A model generated the notes under the pieces. The model did no database searches. It worked only from the letters and a program-made list of their open reading frames with translations, and was not told the DNA's origin. 64,000 nucleotides of DNA from Eledone cirrhosa (Eukaryota), in assembly GCA_964016885.1 (NCBI GenBank), contig OZ024743.1:118110001-118174000 (forward strand), written 5' to 3'. The translations under genes were made by a program, and so were the position numbers. Below, piece after piece: positions 56,104-64,000 of this stretch (positions within the stretch are counted from its first letter, which is position 1; every line of letters begins with the position of its first letter).

Positions 56104-56501
56104 GAAAGTTAGTCCTTCATCAGTGATCTTCCAACCATCATAGGTATTTCATCGCTTTAAAGACCATATACCTCCGGTTGGTGCGAGCAACGGCTAAAAA
56201 AAGTCGTTGGGACACGTAAATAAAGGGGACACGTGTGTAAACAAACAAAAATGGTGACGCAACGAAAAGTGAGGAAGAAGGAGTCAAGTCCCAAATTTCT
56301 ATGAATTTAAATTCGGTGAAATCGTGAACGAGAGAGAATAAAGACCATCAAACCTGGTTGGAATGTGAGCAAGGAAGGAATTCCGTACAGGTCTAACGGG
56401 AGGAAGAAGGGATCTAGTCTGTGATTTCGGTGAACGTAAGTTCTGTGAAATCGTAGACGAGAGAGAGAAAAAAAGCGACCTGCCATACCAAGGGTGCGAA
56501 A

Positions 56502-56545
<44 letters not shown>

Positions 56546-56781
56546 ATGTGTATGTGTGTATATGTATATATATATATATATATGTGTGTATGTATGTGTG
56601 TGCATGTATATATGTTTGTATGTATATATGTACGCACAGGCATTACGTAAAATATGTAAAAATATCTTCACGCACAGGCATTGCACGATATAATTAATTA
56701 ATAATTATTAATAATGGTATATCGTGCAATGGCCATACTCGATAACGAGGGGGCAGCCATAAGCCATCAGGTATGTATGAA

Positions 56782-57410
56782 TGTCAGGTTGTGTTTTTGT
56801 TCTGCAGAGTGTCAAAAATCACCCTCATCGCCAAATAAACTTGGTAGGGTTGCCGATTTAGTCGACGACAACCCGACCATGCGACAGGTTGTACTGGGTC
56901 ACATGTAACCAGTAGCACTCAAGAGTGACCCGACATACAAAGGGCGGGAAAACTCATAAGAGTCAACGGCCATCCAAAAGTGTGTAGATATGTGTATGCA
57001 CATGTACATGTGTATGTATATGTGTATGGTTATGCGCGATGCATGTGTATGTATATGCGCAGGGACATAGAAATAGTCGGGCTGAACACCCGTTCGCACG
57101 GTTAAACCACTGGCAGTGGAGGATATTCTTCTAGGACATTCTTCAGGGCATTCTTCTAGGAGAAGGTAACTCAGGAAACTGTGATAACTCCGATATGAAA
57201 TCTGCGGCTCAGTAGTTACCGATGATGTTGACCTTTTCTTCTTTTCGGGTTATAGCTACTGTTGCTCAGAGAGTGGGTTTGGCTCAGTGCAGTCTTTCCT
57301 CACTTTAAAAAACATTTTCACGCACAGGCATTTCACGATAGAATTAATTAATAATTATTAATAATGATATACCGTGCAATGACCATACACGATAACGAGG
57401 GGGCAGCCAT
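56782..57410 (+). mobile_element. RTE-tailed short element with its first 150 bp or so inverted
   Basis: 56782-56934 is the reverse complement of 53294-53446, while 56938-57410 is co-linear with 53445-53832. Confidence 0.82.
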
Positions 57411-57742
57411 CACGTATGAATGTATGTATGTATGTATGTATGATGTATGTATGTGTGTGTATGTATGTATGCATGTATGTGTGTTTATATGTATGTATGT
57501 ATGTGTGTTTGTGTATGTATGTATGTATGTATGTATGTGTGTATGTATGTATGTATGTATGTACGTATGTATGTATGAATGTATGCATGAATGTATGTAT
57601 GATTGTATGTATGAATGTATGTATTTTTGTATGTATGCATGTATGTATGTATGTGTGTATGTTATCTCTTTCTCTTAATTTCGAGTATATTTATTTGACC
57701 GGCCACCTTCCTGGTGGCAAGGTTGTAAAAGAAAAGAAATTG

Positions 57743-58435
57743 TCATCCCTTGAATCGCAAGAATGTTTTGCAAATTTTGAAGGTCCCAGCTATCGCAGCC
57801 ATTTGTAGACTATGAATTAGGGAGCTGCGCTCTTTGTCCGCTATTCCAAGTTGAGTCATACTTTGGTCTAAGGGGGTTGGTATATAAACCGTAGCTCCAA
57901 TAATGATGGGTATGAAGCTAAAGGTGTATCTTGGATATTGGATTTGTAAACTCCTCATCAATGGTCAATAGATGTCCTCTTTCTTCTGTATTTTTCTGAC
58001 AACTTTTACATCAAGTGGGCAGCTGATCTCCACAAGAACACGTTTTCAATGTGTGGTCCCAAACAACAATATCAGGCCGGTTGTGCTTTAATTTGGTGGC
58101 AGTTTTTATTTTCTGATTCCACCAGTATTCCTTAGTGCCATCTGTCTCAATATATTCTTCCTCGTTTGTCGTTAATTTTGTTTTCCGAAGTGCGTTCCAG
58201 ATGGTTCTAGCTATCCCATCGTGTCTCATGGGGAGGTAGTAGCGAGATGACATTCTTTCGCAGCTGGCAACAATGTGGCTTACATCCTCGATGTTTGTTT
58301 AACATAGCCTACATTTATTGTCAGGTGATAGCCCTCCCCTTTTGTGCAACAGATATTTGGTAGGGAGTTCTTGTTCCTGTATTGCATAGAGATATCCCTC
58401 AAGGTGTGATGTCATAAACTTGTCGGGACTCCATG
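57743..58435 (-). pseudogene. R4/Dong-like LINE C-terminus: CCHC knuckle plus restriction-like endonuclease
   Basis: EGYLYAIQEQ...KCRLC...EDVSHIVASC...YLPMRHD...HNRPDIVV.D...EISCP.D...K...Y...IPIIIGA. Confidence 0.88.
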
Positions 58436-58954
58436 TATCTCTGTGTGTGTGTGTGTGTGTATTTATGTATGTGTGTGCGTGTATGTATGTATGTATGTAT
58501 GTAAGTATGTATGTATGTGTGTATGTATGTATGTATGCATGTCTATCGATATTGCATGAAGTGTGAATGCAGGTGTATTCTTTCTCTTTATTTTCATTAT
58601 TCTCACTGATAGAGAAAGTGCTTTTATTTTACACATACACAAGGCATATTCATTGAAATTTAGATACAAACTACCTAAGCATGTATGTATCTGAATTCAG
58701 ATGTGTGCATGCATGTTAGCATGCACGTATGATATTCCATGTATGAATATATGATTTGCTTTATCAATATGTTCATATAGATTATCATGTTTCTATACAT
58801 GTCAATACTATAGGCTGTTTGTCTTTCACAACATCTAAAGCAACAACATTGCTCCAATTGTTTGTCTTTCAGCTTATTTGCATATATACCAAACTATCTG
58901 TATATCTGTTCATCTCTCCGTCTGTTTATCTGTCTGTTTTTGTATCCCCCGCCA

Positions 58955-58961
58955 CTCTCTC

Positions 58962-59047
<86 letters not shown>

Positions 59048-59283
59048 ACTCTTTCTCCCTCTCACTGTATGTCTGCCTTTGTATATCTCCCTCTCTCTCT
59101 CACTGTATGTATGTCGTTGTATCTCTCTCTCTCTCTATCTCTCTCTCTCACTCTCTCTCTCTCTGTATGTCTGCCTTTGTGTCTCTCTCACTCTCTCTCT
59201 CTCTCTCACTGTATGTCTGTCGTTGTATTGTTCTTTCTCTCTCTCACTGTATGTCTGTCTCTTTCCCTTTCTCTCACTGTATG

Positions 59284-59315
<32 letters not shown>

Positions 59316-59331
59316 ACTATATGTCTGTCTT

Positions 59332-59388
<57 letters not shown>

Positions 59389-59953
59389 GTATGTCTGTCG
59401 TTGTATCTCTCTCTCACTGTATGTCTCTCACACTCTCTCTCTCACTGTATGTCTGTCTTTGTATATCTCTCACTCTCTCTATCTCTCACTGTATGTCTGC
59501 CTTTGTGTCTCTGTCACTCTCTCTCTCTCTCTCTGTATGTCTGTCTTTGTATCTCTCTCTCTCACTCTCTCTGCCTCTCACTGTATATCTGCCTTTGTAT
59601 ATCTCCCTCTCTCTCTCACTGTATGTATGTCGTTGTATCTCTCTCTCTATCTCTCTCTCTCACTCTCTCTCTCTGTATGTCTGCCTTTGTGTCTCTCTCA
59701 CTCTCTCTCTCTCTCTCTCTCTCTCACTGTATGTATGTCGTTGTATCTCTCTCTCTCTCTCTATCTCTCTCTCTCACTCTCTCTCTCTCTGTATGTCTGC
59801 CTTTGTGTCTCTCTCACTCTCTCTCTCTCTCTCACTGTATGTCTGTCGTTGTATTGTTCTCTCTCTCTCTCACTGTATGTCTGTCTCTTTCCCTTTCTCT
59901 CACTGTATGTCTGTCTTTCTCTCTCTCTCTCTCTCTCACTATATGTCTGTCTT

Positions 59954-60024
<71 letters not shown>

Positions 60025-60065
60025 ATGTCTCTCTCACTCTCTCTCTCACTGTATGTCTGTCTTTG

Positions 60066-60109
<44 letters not shown>

Positions 60110-60593
60110 TGTATGTCTGCCTTTGTGTCTCTGTCACTCTCTCTCTCTCTCTGTATGTCTGTCTTTGTATCTCTCTCTCTCACTCTCTCTGTTTCTCATT
60201 GTATATCTGCCTTTGTATATCTCCCTCTCTCTCTCACTGTATGTATGTCGTTGTATCTCTCTCTCTATCTCTCTCTCTCACTCTCTCTCTCTGTATGTCT
60301 GCCTTTGTGTCTCTCTCACTCTCTCTCTCTCTCTCTCACTGTATGTCTGTCGTTGTATTTTTCTCTCTCTCTCTCACTGTATGTCTGTCTCTTTCCCTTT
60401 CTCTCACTGTATGTCTGCCTTTGTGTCGTTGTATCTCTCTCTCTCTCTATCTCTCTCTCTCACTCTCTCTCTCTGTATGTCTGCCTTTGTGTCTCTCTCA
60501 CTCTCTCTCTCTCTCTCACTGTATGTCTGTCGTTGTATTGTTCTTTCTCTCTCTCACTGTATGTCTGTCTCTTTCCCTTTCTCTCACTGTATG

Positions 60594-60627
<34 letters not shown>

Positions 60628-60645
60628 ACTATATGTCTGTCTTTG

Positions 60646-60688
<43 letters not shown>

Positions 60689-60909
60689 GTATGTCTGTCG
60701 TTGTATCTCTCTCTCACTGTATGTCTCTCACACTCTCTCTCTCACTGTATGTCTGTCTTTGTATATCTCTCACTCTCTCTATCTCTCACTGTATGTTTGC
60801 CTTTGTATCTCTCTCTCTCTCTCTCTTGCGCTCTCTCTCTCTCTCTCTCTCTCTCTGTAAGTATATGTCTGTATATCTCTCACCCTCGCTCACTCACTGT
60901 ATGTCTGTC

Positions 60910-60948
<39 letters not shown>

Positions 60949-61014
60949 ATGCCTGTCGTTGTATCTTTCATCTCTCTCTCTCACTGTATGTCTGCCTTTG
61001 TATCTCTCTCTCTC

Positions 61015-61047
<33 letters not shown>
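58955..61047. repeat. Complex (CT)n-based satellite with CACTGTATGTCTG modules and higher-order duplication
   Basis: Dozens of (CT)n-cactgtatgtctg units carry recurring suffixes (cctttgt, tcgttgta, tctctttcccttt). Confidence 0.95.
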
Positions 61048-61049
<2 letters not shown>

Positions 61050-61764
61050 ATATAATCTGCCATTCTCAACTGTTGTTGGACTTTTCCTTCTCCTTCACTA
61101 TCACTTCCTAGCTCTGCAAATCTCAGTTTCCTCTTTCCTTCTTTGATTCTCTCTCACTGTTTATCTGTTTCATTCTGACTAGGTTTTCAGTATTTCTCTT
61201 ATATTATTTTTCTTTTGTACACCCCGTCCTTTTTTCTTTTTTTTTCTTTTGTACACCCCGTCTCCTCTCCTCACCCACCTCGTGGTTTCTGTCCACTTGT
61301 CCCTATGCATTACTATTTAATATTTTCTTTTTTCTCCTACTTTCCAGTTTCCTTAAAATTCACTCAGTTACTCTCTTTTCATCTCAATATTTCTCACTCC
61401 ACCTCACTCTGTTTCTGTTCATATACTCCAACTACTTCCCTCTCCCATCTCTGCATGTCCGTTTGTTTGTTTGTTAGCCGAACTCACTTCGTTACTTGTG
61501 CTAGCAGCGTATGACATGCTGTACAACGTCAACTTAATACGGACGACGACACTATCTGAAAGAGTTATCTAAATTGACAGACCGTGTTTATGCCATGATA
61601 ATAATAACAATGATTGGCGCTCTGTTACAAAACATCGTTTGACACCAAACACTATCGCCATTGATGTGAATCCAAGACCAGACGAACATTGGATGAGAAC
61701 ATTTAGTAATGAAACTAATCACTGCAATAGAAAACTTTGATTATTTTTTAATAAATTTTAACTG

Positions 61765-62116
<352 letters not shown>

Positions 62117-62326
62117 TAGACATACATACACAGAAATCGCGCGCAGTCATATATACAAGTTCTCGAGCATAGACGAGCGTCTTGAGCAAGCGACTTTTAC
62201 CGTAGTGTTGGTCCAACCCTCTAGAATGAGACTGTGTAGAGGCCGTATATCTCTAATTCAATCATCAAGAAGGTATTACACACCGTCTGTCGACGGTTCT
62301 GTGTGAAGATTAATTCAATAGTACTA

Positions 62327-62511
62327 AGGCGGTGGATTGGCGGTATCGGTAGAGGGTCGGACGCCATGCTTTCCAGCATAGTTACGTCCCTTTACGATCT
62401 GAGTTCAAATCCCGCCGAGGTTGACTTTGCCTTTCATCCTTACGGGGTCGATAAAATAAAGTACCAGTAATGCACTGGATAATTGCTGGCCTTGTGCCTA
62501 AAGTAGAAACA
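62327..62511 (+). mobile_element. Full-length tRNA-derived SINE with a target-site duplication of about 18 bp
   Basis: The A box tggcggtatcggt and B box gagttcaaatccc are present. The flanks are attaattcaatagtacta (62309-62326) and attaatttaatagtacta (62512-62529). Confidence 0.93.
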
Positions 62512-63204
62512 ATTAATTTAATAGTACTACACATATCTGTAGAATATTCAGCTAATTTCAAACTAATTCAATAAACGATTAGTTCATTTCATCAAACAAC
62601 TGAATGCGCACCATCGCAGTATTGTTTGTGGGAATCGAACTCTAGCCTGCCGTCGGATGGACGGCTGTGCTACCGTTAGGGGTTTATATGCCAAAGTTGT
62701 TGAACTGTTTTTCATAGACAAAAATTCTGTGTTGTAGCAGCTTACAATAAGCTCACATACATTCAAAATTCAATCTCGCTTAACACCCTATAAATATGAT
62801 TTATTCTTTGATAACATCTACTGGCCAAAAGATTAGATTTAGAAATGATAGGTAAGTGGTCAGTATTCTCTTGGTGTAATGGTAGGGCAGCCGTCTAGCA
62901 TGCTGTTTTGAGCTCGACTCCCACATGCAAAACTGTCCACTTTTTCCATTTCCCTTAGCAGCTTCTAATAAACTAACATAATTTCAAAATTAAAATTCGT
63001 TCAACGTATCGTAAATTGATTTTTGTTTGTGTATAAATTCAGATTTCGATTCACCATAGCAGCTTCGGACATGTTTTCCCTCTGTAGGATATTTTACCCG
63101 CGTTTCTAATATATTATTTATAACGGCCGATTGTTGCTACAGTTAGTTTCTGCGTTTGTTATTCCAACAATCTAAACTCTCAAATGAACAAGCATTTCAG
63201 GAAT

Positions 63205-63733
63205 TTCAGAAGATCCTCCGCCGTTTGACGGTTTTTATTTTTCATCCCGCAGGGTGTCCATAATCCTCTTCCCCATCAAGCAAGCTTGGTGAGGTTGCCA
63301 GTTTAGTCGCCGACAACCCGGTTATGCACAAGTTGTACTGGGGTGCATCTTACCATTAGCGCTGAAGAGCGACCTGACATAAAATATATATATATCATGA
63401 GCAAGAGACTCCCAGTCTTCATTAAGACATCTCTCTAGAAGTTCATATAAAATCTGCGACTTCGTTTGCATCCAATGATGTAGAACAGTCCTTCTTTTGG
63501 GGTAAATGCATTCGGTGTTTAGAGAGTGGGATTGGCTCCGTGCACAGCCTTTCTTCACTTAAAAAAAGATTCAAGCACAGTCATCGTTTGATAGGTGACA
63601 TTTTTTTGGCGATGCATGGCATTGCTGGTCATTGGCAAGTCCCTAGCAGGAATAAAAAGACACGTCGATGCTGATTCTTAAGTACCAATCGATGGCATTA
63701 CTCGAAATCGAATTGCAGCCATCATCATCATCA
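63205..63733 (+). mobile_element. Diverged RTE-tailed short element, 5' part inverted
   Basis: 63215-63380 is a reverse-oriented homolog of 53294-53460. 63450-63600 is a forward homolog of the body. The tail is ggcattaCTCGaaatCGAAttgcagcc(atc)n. Confidence 0.65.
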
Positions 63734-64000
63734 AGTATGTATGCATGCATGCATGTATGTATGTATATATGTATGTATGAATGTATGTATGCATGTATGT
63801 ATGTATGGACGAATGCATGCATATATGTATGTATTTATGAATGTGTGTATGTATGTATTATGTATGTAAGAATGCATATATATATATATATGCGTTCGTA
63901 TGCAAATTCAAATGGTAATAGCATTAGAAAATCGGGTAAACTATCTTTAGGGTAGAGAGAGAGACATATATTGATAGATATAGACGGAAATAGAGACTGA

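Noticed and set aside
58756-61146. ORFs of 660-796 aa
   Set aside because: They are Ser/Leu translations of a (CT)n satellite, open in all three frames, with no domain.
62612-62930. tRNA-like sequences (about 62625-62680 on minus, 62870-62925 on plus)
   Set aside because: They have A/B-box-like words but no cloverleaf, so they are likely decayed SINE heads and not tRNA genes.

Overview
This is AT-rich, microsatellite-saturated animal DNA. The SINE families and the (TA)n/(CA)n/(TATG)n load suggest an octopod cephalopod, which is an inference from remembered repeat sequences. I find no convincing host protein-coding exon, and almost all ORFs in the supplied track are translations of simple repeats. 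The window is made of decayed mobile elements: a Helitron PIF1 helicase fragment, non-autonomous Helitrons, Penelope-like elements (PLEs; RT and GIY-YIG pieces), CR1, RTE, L1/Tx1-like, CRE-like, Hero-like and R4/Dong-like LINE remnants, tRNA-derived SINEs, RTE-tailed short elements, a 2.1-kb (CT)n-based satellite and a 200-N gap. The most striking non-coding signal is about 13 type I hammerhead ribozyme (HHR) motifs plus several half-motifs, from at least six unrelated sequence families. Most lie in short units abutting (TA)n tracts, and several are folded back into near-perfect palindromes with an HHR on each strand. HHRs in PLE pseudo-LTRs are known; the density, the family diversity and the recurring fold-back arrangement are what merit follow-up.
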